Of a DNA stretch of 64,000 bases, positions 51,603-64,000 are shown piece by piece. Each line of letters starts with the position of its first letter. The stretch's first letter is position 1. Below the pieces are notes generated by a model. It was not told the DNA's origin and ran no database searches. It worked only from the letters and a program-made list of their open reading frames with translations. The translations under genes and the position numbers were made by a program. This stretch comes from Camelus ferus (Eukaryota): assembly GCF_009834535.1 (NCBI RefSeq), contig NC_045697.1:28646001-28710000 (forward strand), in the 5' to 3' direction.

Positions 51603-53288
51603 CTAGAGGAATAGATATAGCTTTAGAAGTACAGACAATAGTTTTAATCCATTAAAAGAAAAGAATTATTTTCTACTCTAAATAAAAATTTAAATTATGG
51701 GCTGCATATGCCAGCAACACAGAATAAAGATGGTATCCACAGCCTCCCTTGTGGTTAGTTGTGGCTAATGAGACACTAGCAGAAATACTGTGCAATAGAT
51801 AGCTGATGTAAAAACAGCCCTTGCCCTATTTTCTTCTTCACCTCATAGTCTATTCTAATACTGGGAGTGGGAAATGTGGCTCCTTTTTTATGGAGTGTGG
51901 TATCGTGATGTGAACAAAATACTAACATAGAGCTTTATTTCACTGGCACAAAGATACTGTATAAGAAAATATTTTAAGTGAAATCCATCATAAAAATTTC
52001 ACTCATCATAATAAACAAAAAAGCCATTATTGTAAACTTTTAATCATGCTTACAAACATAATTATTCCCCTTATTTATTATGACGTAAGTTCCAGCCTAT
52101 CCTTAAGGAATTTACAGCAAGTTAGATGCAACATGTCTACAAAGTTTACCTTCATATGAGGAAGAAACAACTTGACTGCCCTTATTAGGGCTAAAAGCAG
52201 AGAAACAAAGACAGAGGGAAGTAGAGTATGTACTCCTCATTAACTTTTTCAGTAAGATTTATTTAATTGGTTATAAAGAGAAGAGACTGTCTCATTTGGT
52301 AAGGTTTACAATGATAATATTTAGATATGAGGTTTTATTTACAGGACAATGTAGAATTAAACTTGAAAAGCTGAATCAAAAAACCTATTAAAAATGTTTG
52401 CCTTAAAGATGATTTCACTCTTAAAACTATTTAAACATATAACCCTATTACCAAAAATTAAAATCTTTCTCATGAAGCATCGTATCAATTCTTTCCATGA
52501 AATAATATTTAAGACCATTCCAATACAATCCCATCACTCGCTTTTTTTGTCTAATTAGTTCATTGCACTAGTTTGTCTCTACTTCCGTAGTTCTCGTGTT
52601 GTCTTAATGATCTGTCTCTCTGCCTTCAACAACTTCTCCTCTTTACTCCATCTACTGAAAGCTTTACCAAGTGCTGCATCATATTAAAAACCAGGTTAAC
52701 TGTCCTTGATAGTAAGTACCTTTCTGCCCCAGTGGCACACCACAATCTGGAACCAACTTTGTCTCCTGGTATTTCCCAAAGCAATACTACTCTCTAGTCA
52801 GGCTAGACTCCCAACAATCCCTAAAACATGCCAAGAATTATTCTCTTTGATGATGCTCTGTTCCCCCTAGATTAAGCTGTATCTCTTACTAACTGATCAA
52901 TTCTCTGCGTTCTATTATGATTATCAATTGTTTAAAAAACCCCCGATCACATAGATGCTGTCATATTAATTCCTGTGAGCAGTCCTTCTACCCCAGATGC
53001 AGGTCCTCTGAAAGGTAAGACTAGATCATTAAGCACATGCTATTACAATCATGGCAGGCAAATGATGAACAAAATAGCAAAAACCAAAAAACATTATTAT
53101 CTTATAATGTAAAATAATTACATTATTATAATGTAGAAAACATGTTATTTTTATAAAATATGATTTCCACTACAAATTTTAACCTTTTGAATAGTTTCCA
53201 ATGAAATAAAGCCTGACTGATGCATATCCTTAAAGGAATTCAAATTATCACTGAAGAAATGTGTGGAGACAAATTGTTTAAAAAATAC

Positions 53289-53394
53289 CTTAAGAAGTTC
53301 AAGTCCTGAACGAATAGCTGTATCTGGACTTACACCCTCCTCTTCATCATCTGCTGTCCCCTCTATTGATTTATTCATCAGTTTTACCAGTGCA
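53289..53394 (-). CDS. PDS5A: PDS5A coding exon (106 nt), [35 protein letters not shown]
   Basis: taatag|T GCA ... AAG|gtattt; phase 2 in, phase 0 out; overlaps ORF 53151..53378. Confidence 0.97.
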
Positions 53395-54399
53395 CTATTA
53401 AAATAAGAAAATCTAAATTAGTAACACTTCTAGAATAGTAACTGCATCCTAATTGCATTGTGGCAGACATATGTAGAACCTAAACATCAAATTCAAGTAT
53501 TTTCTGAGAGAAAAAGTTATTTTGTGACTTTTTAAATTTTGCTCTCCACATGACAGCTGCACTTATTTTTTAGTTTATTTGCCCCTTCAACTCAATGTAT
53601 AATAATAGTAACTCTACGGAAAAACAAAACTAAAATTAAATCATACACATACTAAAATATATTTTGTAAGTATAAGCAAGGTAATATTCATTCCCATATA
53701 GAGATCATTTGCAATTTTAAGAATAATAAGATGGTAGTTGCTTAATGGACAAATGACAATCCACTCAAAGCAAAAAACAATTAATAAACACACACATGGA
53801 CAAAGGCATTAATCACTCGCAATTAATTTATCAAATCAGTAATTCTGTTCCTAGAAATTTATAGCAAAGAAATTTATAGCAATTCATAAGAAGTACTAGG
53901 CTATATTCATAAACAGATTCATCAATTAAAAATTATTTAAGTGTCCACCATTACTGAATTAGTTTTTCAAACATACCTAGCAAAATGAAGTATTACCTGA
54001 TCAATAATAATCAGACTATGTGGCAATATGGTATTATTTAAGTAAAAACAACTGTAATTTTTGGTTTTGAGACTTCATTTCTTCATCAAGAAACTGAAGA
54101 AAATATTACTTTGAGGACATTAAATTATTATAGCAAATAGCCTAGTACAGGCAAATATTCAACAAATGGACCATAATCATAAAAGTTTTAGGTTAAATTT
54201 TTTCCCTTGGTGTTATACATATTTAAGTCAATAAAATTTTTAAAGTACAAAATACATGTTAAGATGCAGATGCTGAAATTTAAACCACTTTCAGCATTTT
54301 CATTTCCCCTTTTATATCACAATAGTTTAAAAGCTTCATCAATATCTTCAATTGATGCAAAAACTTTAAAAAAAACCAAATTGGATGTTAGTGTATGAA

Positions 54400-56000
54400 T
54401 ATTAACTTATAATACAATTTACATACCATACAATTCACCTATTTAAAATATGTAAGTCAATAGTTTTTCAGTATAGTCATAGGGCTGTACAACCATTACC
54501 ACAATCTAAAATTAGCTTTCCCCTCATCCCAAAACAAACCTCTTCCCCATTAGGAATCATTTCTTACTCATCCCCACCTCCTCTAGCCCTAGGCATCTGC
54601 TAATTTACTTTCTGCTGGTATATACATTTACGTATTCTGAATATCTCATATAAATGGAACCATACAATATGTGATCTTTCAAAAGTCCACTTCTGAAAGA
54701 AAAGTGGACTCCTTTCTCTTAGCAAACTGTTCTCGAGGTTCATCCATGTTGTATGTAGTATGTAACAGGACTTCATTAGTTTTAATTCTGAACAATGTTC
54801 TAGTGTATGCACATAGGACAGTTTGGATTGTTTCTGCTTTTTTAGCTACTGTGAATAATATTGCCATGAACATTCATACACAGGTTTTGTATGGGCATAT
54901 ATTCAGGAGTGTAATTGCAAGTTCATATAGTAACTTTGTGGCACCATATACCACTTTTGGAGGAACTGCCAAACTGTTTTACAAAGCAGCTCCACCATTT
55001 TACATTCCCACTAGCAATACATGAGGGTTCCAATTTTTCTACATCCCTTCCAACTTGTTTTTTCGATTATAGCCATTCTAGCAGGTGTAAAGTAGTGTCT
55101 CACCGTGGAGATCCATACATAAAACATTCTCGTCTCCACAAAAACTTGCCTTATTCCTCTTCTGCAGTCAATTCCTTTTTCCCAACTTGGCAATCACTGA
55201 TCTGGTTTCTGTCACTATAATTTTACCTTTTCTAAAATTTTGTATATTTTATATATTTGCAACTGACAACTTTTATGTGACAATGCTTTTGAGATTCCTC
55301 CATGTAGCTGTATAGAATCAGTGGTTCATTCTTTTCTACTTCTGAATATTCTGTTGTATAGGTACACAACAATATGTTTATCCAATTACCAACTGATGGA
55401 CTTCTAGGTCTTTCCACTTTAAAGATGTAAATAAAGCTGCTACAGGCAGTTAAATTTTAGTCTTTATGGGAAGTATGTTTTCTTTTCTTACAGGTGAATG
55501 TCTAGTATTGGGATTCCTGAGTTGTTTGGTGATATATGTACATTTAATGTTACAACAAACTGCTTTCAACATCACCAACACATGGTTAAGTCAGTCTACA
55601 TCCTTACCAACACTGTGTATAGTCACTATCTTAAATTTAAGCCTCCTAGTAAGTGTGTAGTGGTATTTCTTATTGTAATTTGAATTTGCATTTCCATAAT
55701 AAGTAATAATGTTGATTGTCTTTTATTGTGCTTATTTATTATTTGTATATTTTATTTGGTAAAGTATCTGTTAAAATTTTTTGCCCATTTTAAAACTGGT
55801 CTTAATATTGAGTAGTAAGAGTTCTTTTAATATTCTGGATATAATTCTTTATCAGATATATGTTTTGCAAATATTTTCTGGTTCTGTGGTCTGACTTTTC
55901 TGTTTCTTAATGGTGTCTTGCAAAGAGAAAAAAATAATTTTCTGTCACTTAGATTTCACTAAGAAATCTTGCTTACCCTATATTTTGTTCTAGAAGTGTA
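54400..56000 (-). mobile_element. Adjacent old L1 3' fragments (L1MB then L1MC/ME-like)
   Basis: accatacaattcacctatttaaa...gaggaactgccaaactgtttt...tacattcccactagcaat; a second copy runs to tattctggatataattctttatcagatatatgttttgcaaatattttct. Confidence 0.8.
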
Positions 56001-56013
56001 ACCTCTTACATTT

Positions 56014-56032
56014 TATATATATATATATATAT
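56014..56032. repeat. (TA)n microsatellite
   Basis: Seen directly. Confidence 0.85.
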
Positions 56033-56839
56033 TTTAAAACTTATTCCCAATTTGAGAAAAATATTCTAAATTAAGCTTTCTGTTAGAAGGAAATCCTATA
56101 AAAACCATGAATTTACTAACAAGATTATAAATATGTTTGATAAAATTTACAAAAATGTATCTGACCACTTGTGATAGAAGTCAGTGCACACATTTATTTA
56201 TTCAGTATTTACTGACTACCTATTGTTTGCTAAGTCTTAGGGTTTATCCTGGAAATACAGTGTAAAACAAGACAGGCATAATCTCTGCTTTCATTACAAT
56301 GCAGGTGGGGTCACCACTATGAGTCGAAACACTATCTGAGAAAAGACCCAAATAGTGAAGCCAGAACTGTAGTCTTCTCTCCTGTGAAAGTATTTTCCCT
56401 CATTTCTAAATTAGATAAGTAATATGCATTCCATATACTTCATGGGATATCATGAAGCAAAAGATTATCACCAATCTAAAACTGCTTGGGACGTCTTCTT
56501 TGGTAAGGGACATCTTTCTCTCCTATTCTGTATAAGAACTGTTTCAAATCTTTACCATTCTAACTTAGGTCTATTTTTTAAATTCTTACACTGAGCAGAT
56601 TACCTCACTTTTTAACCTAATGGAGAATAATGGAGGCTTTGAGTAAAAACTGTAATTTTCTATACCTTATCTTCTTACCTCCTCGAATTTGTATCTATCA
56701 TTTTTTCACGTCATCGGGGAAGATTTCATTCTTCCTGTTCTGTTTCTTTAGGGATACTCTTCTATCATAGTTCTGTTCCTTTTAGCCCATCTTCAACCTC
56801 TCTTCTTTTAATACCTTTTTTTAGCCTTTAATCACTTAC

Positions 56840-57412
56840 TGTGATGTTAAACCAGAAGCCAAATAGGAAAAAATCAACTGGTTCCCCGACTATCCCATTT
56901 ATGTCCACAGAAGAGCATTAGGTAAGGGGCAGGTGGACCAGCTAAGACCTGGGATTCTTTCCCTGCTGAGGGAGTCCCAAACAAGGGTTTATGCCCTTTT
57001 ATAGAACTGAGAGAAGGGAGAGGAGAAGGGTCAGGAGTGGAAAAGTACTCAGTCAGAGATGAGAAGATATTTTCATAGCTTCTACTTTCCCCCTCCTGAT
57101 AACGAGATCTTGGCAGAGACACCTGGGAAAAGCCTTGGCTCAGGACCTCCTTACCCCAATATACTCATAAGGAGGCCTCAAATGGAGGCATCTGGGTTCA
57201 GAACACAGCCACATGCAAGGCCATGGACTGTAAGCTCCCGAGTTCTTGACTGCAACTTCTTTCAGAGAATGCAGTGCATTGCCTGTGTACAAAGTTTGGT
57301 GCATGGAGGGCAGTTTTCCCCAATGAGGCCTTCCAGATAAAGTCTTTGTAACTGACTAGGGTTGAGCTTGAAAAATCACACACAGGATTTGGCCTGAACT
57401 CAAGACTCTTCA
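56840..57412. mobile_element. Possible solo ERV LTR
   Basis: GC-richer ~570 bp block from TG to CA embedded in pyrimidine-rich L2-like sequence; no clean TSD found. Confidence 0.35.
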
Positions 57413-58349
57413 ATACCTTTTAAAGGTATTTAAATATTCAAAATTCCTTCATTAAAAACAACAAAAAAAGACCCTTCTTCAAACTTACTCTCTGCATCAT
57501 CTCATTTTTCTCCTTTGCTTTTTATAGCTAAACTGTTTATACTGGCTCCCCCAGATAAACGGGGAACATTTATCTCCTATAGCAGTTTAGAGGTATGACA
57601 GGGTATATAGCCCTTTGGTTTTCTCAGACCTCAAGGTGGCCAGGTGGGATATAGTGGACTCCTACTGAGCTAGGCCAGTCACCTCTAGGCTTGAACAGTT
57701 TTCTCTGCTCAATATTTCCTTTGTGTACACATGATGTGGATATGGAAGGACTATCTTATGCCCTTCTCAATCGATGGTAATCTGATTCACCCTTGCTAAC
57801 CAAAGAAACTATTCTGGGCATTGTGTTGTTTTTCTATTTTCTAAATTCAACGGATACTTTTTTAGTACTTATTTCACTCTTGGTAGCATCTGACCCCTGA
57901 CCTTTTAGTCCCTCTTTGGCTTCTGTGATACCACTTTCCTGATTTTCTACTTTTGACCATGCCTCCATTAAAACATTTTTCAAATTTAATAAATTCCTTA
58001 TCTTTTGCCAGCTTCTTAACTGCTAATTTTCTGCAGGATTCAGTCCTCAACCTTTTTCCTTTTAAATTGTACACTCTCTCCAGGTTTTAATCATTACTAC
58101 AATTACTACTTCACTTTCAACCACTATCTACAGACCAATAACTAACTGTAGTATGCATATGTATATTTGTATGGACATAAGTCTGAGGGAAATATAACAA
58201 AATAAATAAATTTAAAAATGGTTGTATTTATAATGATTTTCTACTATTCCCAATCCTTTCTTCCCAAATCTTTCATTATGGTTGAAGTACATGCAATTTT
58301 CTAAATACCTACTGATTCCTTTTGCCTTTGTTCTTTTATGTCTGCTAGA

Positions 58350-58560
58350 ATAGCTACTAACACTCATTCAGCACTTACTGTGTGTGAGGCATTATGCTAA
58401 GTGCTTTACATATTCATGTGTTATTTCAGCCTCTCAACAACTCCACTGAGTAGTAATTATTATTATTGTTCTTATTTTAAAGATGAGAAAATTAAAGCTC
58501 AGAGCAGTTTAAATAACTTACCCAATGCCATGGGGCTAGTGGCCTGGTCTGCTCTTGCCC
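58350..58560 (-). mobile_element. MIR SINE
   Basis: cagcacttactgtgtgtgaggcattatgctaagtgctttaca...aaagatgagaaaattaaagctcagagcagtttaaataacttaccca. Confidence 0.75.
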
Positions 58561-59290
58561 TGCAATCTGCACCTTGCCAATCTACTAAAATTCCTACTGA
58601 TCTTTCACTACCCATATTATATACCATCTATTTCAGGAACCTTCCCTAATAACAAGCCTATCTCACAGTCTGGGTTAGGTAGCTCTCCTTCCCCAGTTAC
58701 CCAATGTACTTTACAAATTGCTCCATTAAATGTAATGTTAAATGAATCATCAAGGCTTTTATCTGCAATTTATATTCCATGAATATTTGGTTACATGGAA
58801 GGAGTATTATGACATATTTCCCAGAAAAATTAATGGGAATTTTGCATAAAATTAGTCTCTTTGAAATCCTAACCACAAGTTGTTTTCTCTGAGTCCAAAC
58901 AACCATGAAGCTATCGAAAAAAAATTGAGTTTTTGGTCTTTTAAGATTGTAGATCAAACACAAGCTTATTATAATTTACTAAAGTAACGAAACCCTGTGA
59001 GGCCTCATGGAGACAAATAGCAGAGGTTTCCTGATGCCATTATATGTCTCTTTCAAAGTCAATATGCAAAGGTAAGAGTGCTCAAGTCTGTCATTTCCTT
59101 GATTTATCCCATTAAAATCAAATGGTATAGAGCAAAGAATCTCAGTTTAAGTTATTATAGTTTTTTGTCATCACCCAGCTGTGGAACATACCACTTAGTC
59201 TCTCTGAAACCTTAGTTTTCTTATTTGCAAATAAGGAAGTAAAAGGATAAGGAAATCTTAGTTAAAAAACCCCCCAAACCCCACATTACC

Positions 59291-59655
59291 ATTATGAACT
59301 AAATTATGTACTCCCTAAATTTATATGCTGAAATCCTAGCCTCCAGTACCTCAGAATGTGACTATATTTGGAAATAGGGCCTTTAAAGAGATAATTAAGG
59401 TAAACTGAGGTCAAATGGGTGGGCGATAATCCTCAATGACTGTTGTCCATATATGAAGAGGAGATTACGACATAGATGTGTAAGGAAAGCAAGGAGGAGG
59501 TTATCTGCACGCTATGAGAGAGGTTCAGGAGAAATCAAACTTGTTGATACCTTGATCTTGGACTGCTAGCCTCCAGAATGTGAGAAAATAAATTTCTGTT
59601 GTTTTAGTCACACAGTCTATGACATTTTGTTATGGCAGCCGTAGCAAATGAAAAG
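59291..59655 (+). mobile_element. ERVL-MaLR solo LTR (MLT1B/C-like)
   Basis: cctccagtacctcagaatgtgactatatttggaaatagggcctt...ccttgatcttggact...gcctccagaatgtgagaaaataaatttctgttg...ttgttatggcagcc. Confidence 0.87.
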
Positions 59656-60247
59656 AATTGGTATTTCAATACAACCAAAGCAGTGATTCACATAAGATGA
59701 AAGAACTAATACCTAGAACCAGGTCTCCTTATCCAAGGCTGTTTGAAAAAAGAGTCAATAAATGCTATTTAGTAATCTAACGTGAAAAGAAAGATATATA
59801 GCTAACCTACAGGAAAAATGCTTAGGGCAAGGGAAAAGTATTCACACAAGTTTACAATGGGAAATCATTAGAAACAACTGAAATGTATGAAATTATGGGA
59901 ACAGTTAAGAACAATAGCTGTCACTGTTTGTTATGCTAGGCTACTTACTTTTTATATATTTATCACTAATCCACAATCATCCAACAAGGAGACGTTATAC
60001 CCACATTAAAGTTAAAAATAAATTAAAAACTCATAAATTAGAGAACTTTCCCCAAAGCCACTAAGCTGGTAAGTAACAGATATATATTTTGAAAGCAGAT
60101 TAGTCTAATGGCAATCTTGTGCTCCTTTCAAAATACTATTCTGCAGAGAACCTTTTTAGGTCTCCTTAGGGACCTAGAATTTAAATTTACAACACTGTAG
60201 TTTCAGACTATAGTCTTATTTTTGAGTGAATATATTTCCTAGCTTAC

Positions 60248-60363
60248 CTTATAGCTTCTGAATCAATGTGCACAGGTGCAATTCTTTCCAACAGAAATTT
60301 GACCATCTCTAGAAAAGGGTTTGTTGGCTGCTTAGGATTTGCAAGTTTCCGAGCTATTTCTCT
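60248..60363 (-). CDS. PDS5A: PDS5A coding exon (116 nt; ~human exon 17), [38 protein letters not shown](S)
   Basis: Translation matches PDS5A. Acceptor cctatag|AGA, donor ATA AG|gtaagc. First PDS5A exon in the window; upstream exons lie beyond 64000. Confidence 0.96.
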
Positions 60364-62159
60364 CTATAGGAAGGAAAGAGTTTTACCATTAAGTCTGATT
60401 CTCTTTCATGTTTTTCAAAATAAAGATGACTGTGAGCATCAAAAGCATTTAAAGATTCAAAACCATCAGATGTTAAAAAAACACAAAAAAACAAAAAAAC
60501 TTTTTTCTGCTTTACACCCTGGCTAAAATTATATACTGATTAGGGAATCACTACAAAACCTGGACTTGAGAGAAGAGAAAGGGGGGTGACATGGTATGAC
60601 TTATGCCTTTTATCTCATATTTCTCCCATGAAATTACTGCTTAGTAAACAATCTCTTTAATGCACTACTTTTGAAAAAATTAAAAAACAACTTGTACTTT
60701 CATGGGTACGTTTTATTGGTTTACTTCTTAATTTGAAAAAAAAATTGTGTTTTATTTATGTCAACAATTTGTTTTTTTAAAGAGAAGAGAATTCATTCAT
60801 AAATTTATAAAGTTTTTCAGTTCTAGAAGAACATAATTCAAAGATGGTGGAATTATATCAAAGAGCTCTTACAAAGAAAAGACATTACTGCTGGAAGTTT
60901 GCAAAGAATATAAGGACTTAATGATTACAGAGATGGATTCCTCCAAAGACAAGATTAAATTTACAATGTGCTGGGCACTGGGAAAGAAATTTACTTTAAT
61001 AACAAGGCTTTTAATTCACTATCTCTGATGAGTAAATGTAAATGTTAGCTGAGAAGATAATGCATATTAAAACGTCCTCCAAACTATAAAGCAGTAATAA
61101 ATGATAGTCACTCTATTAATAAGTATTTTTTTCATAAAAAAATCTAATGATATTTTTCCAGGGGGATAAAGGAAAAAAAAATTCCTAGTTTCAGAGACGT
61201 CTTGACACAAATTAATTATAAGGGTCATACTAAATTAGATACCATCCATATTAGTTATTAGAGTGTAAATCCGAAGGAACAGATTCTGAAAAAAACTTTT
61301 TAGTCATTAAGAGATGCCTGATTTATTTTGTAAGGTGCAATTAACTGGGCAAAACTTCAGCATTTGGGAAAATAATATTTTAAGCAGTACTCAGTCTTCA
61401 TATAATTTGCTCTAAGTCACACACACACATATTTAAAATCTGAACTTGAAGACTATATTATCTTTTGAAATCAATTTTTTTTTGTGCAGGTCTCCCAAAG
61501 AGGTGATTTTCCCCCACTCTGTATTGAATTTAATTGCTTTAACAAAGTCAGTGACTGTCTAACAACAAATATACCTCTGGAAAATTGCTAGACAAACTAT
61601 ATATAAGTAATAACAAATGGAAAAGCATTAGGGAAGACAGTTATGATACTACCTAGTCCTGTATATGGTACTATATAAGCATAGAAAAATAAAAAAGGAA
61701 ATGCTAAAGGGAAAAAGAAAAATTCACATTTAAACACAGTAATAGCACTATATAAAATATACCACTGTATATAAACAATAATATTAGACAGTTTTAAAAA
61801 CTTGGTGTTTCTGTAATCCCACATAACAATCTTACATTTAGGTAACCCTTCATAATCACATTTTATATACGTAATATTTAGATAATCTCTCATAACAACT
61901 ATTTTAAAATATGACATGTGTCAAGAATCTTAAGTGATACTGGGGATAAGCAGCAAGCCAAATTAGTTTGTGGCAGGTAATAGCAGCAAATAAACAGTTT
62001 CCTGTTTTCTTTACACATTCAAGAAAAAAAATAAGGATACTCACACGTACTGTGCATCCCAGTGTTTGTCATGTGTATGTAATACCATAGAATTACTATT
62101 TATTTACATCTTAAAGGGCAGTGCAGGGGGCCTTCTATTAGGCCATACATAAAATTTCA

Positions 62160-62340
62160 CTCGATCTTATTCATTTAACAATCCTATGACACTGACAATA
62201 TTTAGAGATGAAGAAAATGAGGCTCAAAAATAGTGAGTAACTTACTAAAGGTCACACTGATAGTAACTGTTACAGCTGAAATTCAAACCTAGGACTGCCT
62301 CAAATGCTGAATTAACAACCTTCATGGAAAATCTTAAAAT
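62160..62340 (-). mobile_element. MIR SINE
   Basis: acaatcctatga...agagatgaagaaaatgaggctc...aaggtcacactgatagta...aaattcaaacctagg. Confidence 0.65.
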
Positions 62341-63569
62341 TTGGGAACAATTATCATAGGAAGGTTCTAGAGGATAAAATAACAAGCAGAGCTGAAGCTA
62401 TGGTAAATAAGTGGTCCTTTTCTAGAATCAAGGTGTGGAAACTCAAAACTTGAAGTCTAAAGAAAAAGCAAATCTATATAGCACAGATCTCAATACCATT
62501 GCTCACCCTCTCACTACAGCATCATGCATAGTCGTTTTACTCCACAGTATGTATCTATTCATATTTCTTGTTTAAAGTATTTTTGCTAAAAATGTTCAGG
62601 ATTGGAACTAAGGCAAAGGGGGAGAAAACTATCAGAATCTCCATTCTTACTAAGTAATGTTCACCTCTTAAGAAGTAGGAAGCTACTGTCATTTAGAAAA
62701 GAGGTGATGGTAAATACACATTAGTAGGAGACAGAGAAGGGACTCCCAAAGATGGAATAAAAGCCACAAAGAATGACAGAAACTAATTTTATGTTTATAT
62801 ATTTCTTCTCCTTCAGAATGAAACTATTAGGTAAAAAGGAATGTGGATATTAAAGCATACGTGTAACTAATATCAAAAGCCCTTGCAGAAAAGGACAAAA
62901 TGATACAGATGTTCTGAAAAACAGCAAAAACTATTCTAACAGTGGTTGTTTTCCTGAGCATTTAAGGCTGTTGTTAAGTCCTACTTTACACAAGAGAATA
63001 CATAGATTAAAAAATGTGCTTAGAATATACAACGTTAAGAGCTAAGAGAGAAATGACTGTGAAACTATTTACCATAGAAAATGAAGTTAAAAATGTGAAG
63101 AGTAGAAATTTTTTCTTCTAGAACAGAGTTCTATTAGCCATTTTGTGGCCCATTACTTAAACATCCTCAGAATAACCTCCCCTCCAAAAAGGCATCATTA
63201 TCTTGCTCTTTCCAGTGCAAGCACAGTCAGTCCTCATCTCTACTTTCCTGGTTCCTAAAATCAGAAGCACTGATTGGCTGCATTGCAGGACTGCAGTATT
63301 CATCCTGAGGTGTTCTGGTTACATCTGTTTTGCATATACTTTTTGGATTTGGAAACTCTTAGATATTTCTGGTCTGGCAAACAGCAGGAATTCACATTAC
63401 TGCCATTTTTCAAACTTAAGCCCAAGTCCTACTTTTTTCTCAGACCAAATAATACCACTTGATTGTTTGTTCTCAAGGTCCGTATTTCTTGAGCAGTACT
63501 CTAGCAATACAGTACAGCTTGTGCTGGTTCTTGCAAACAATGATGGAATGTATAGAAAGAACACTATCG

Positions 63570-63740
63570 TGGGTCTATGAGATCTGGACTCTACCTGCAG
63601 CTCAGCCACTATAACTAGCTGTGAAACACTGAATGAGAAACTTCACCTTCTTAAAATTCAATTTCCTTATCTGTAAAATAAAGTGGTTAAGTCAATTATC
63701 TCTAGGGTATTTTCAAGCTATTTCATTCTATGATCCAACT
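63570..63740 (+). mobile_element. MIR SINE
   Basis: gatctggactcta...cagccactataactagctgtg...atttccttatctgtaaaat...ttcattctatga. Confidence 0.65.
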
Positions 63741-64000
63741 TATAATAATAGATGCCCTGTAGGACATAGTATTCTGAAACTAGAATTCTAAATGCCAAAT
63801 ATGTAAATGAAATCTTTAAACGTTCTCAGCAAACCACCCAGCTCAGAAATGCAAAGACTGAGGTAGTCTGAGTAGTTGGCACATCCACATCCCTAGGTCC
63901 AAAGGAAGAGCCCACTGCTCCCTTCCCTAACATGTTTCCCCCCAACTTCATCCTAATTACTACTCGTTTTAGACCCACTTAGAGATCCTATATTCCTGCC

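Noticed and set aside
20845..60526. + strand ORFs overlapping PDS5A exons (20845, 26310, 29992, 39443, 39540, 60266)
   Set aside because: Antisense shadows of real coding exons.
1..64000. Prokaryotic features (CRISPR arrays, operons, defence systems) or a CpG-island promoter
   Set aside because: The DNA is CpG-depleted, intron-rich and mammalian; there is no regular repeat-spacer array, and the PDS5A promoter lies outside the window.

Overview
Mammalian genomic DNA, most likely camelid (alpaca/llama/camel), judged from five copies of a tRNA-derived SINE of camelid type and cetartiodactyl-type L1 3' tails. From 11.46 kb to the end of the window, the - strand carries the 3' half of PDS5A (cohesin-associated HEAT-repeat protein). 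Seventeen coding exons were mapped by hand between 60363 and 14131. They total 2244 nt (747 aa plus stop), have consistent phases, and match human residues ~591-1337 as I recall them. A ~2.7 kb 3' UTR ends near an AATAAA at 11481-11486. The 5' exons lie beyond the window. Introns and the left 11 kb hold L1, L2, MIR, MaLR LTR, Tigger and SINE copies, several nested with visible target-site duplications (TSDs). The main observations beyond the known gene are: (1) candidate extra exons in the last PDS5A intron that would add 57 aa in frame and keep the normal stop; (2) a last intron whose retention leaves the protein unchanged; (3) a GC-AG intron holding a possible poison exon; (4) a Tigger-type MITE inside the 3' UTR; (5) decayed exon-like units just downstream of the gene; (6) nested polyadenylated LTR-like retrocopies. 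All unannotated-exon calls are inferences from splice signals and need RNA or conservation support. Most ORFs in the supplied track are spurious or L1-derived.
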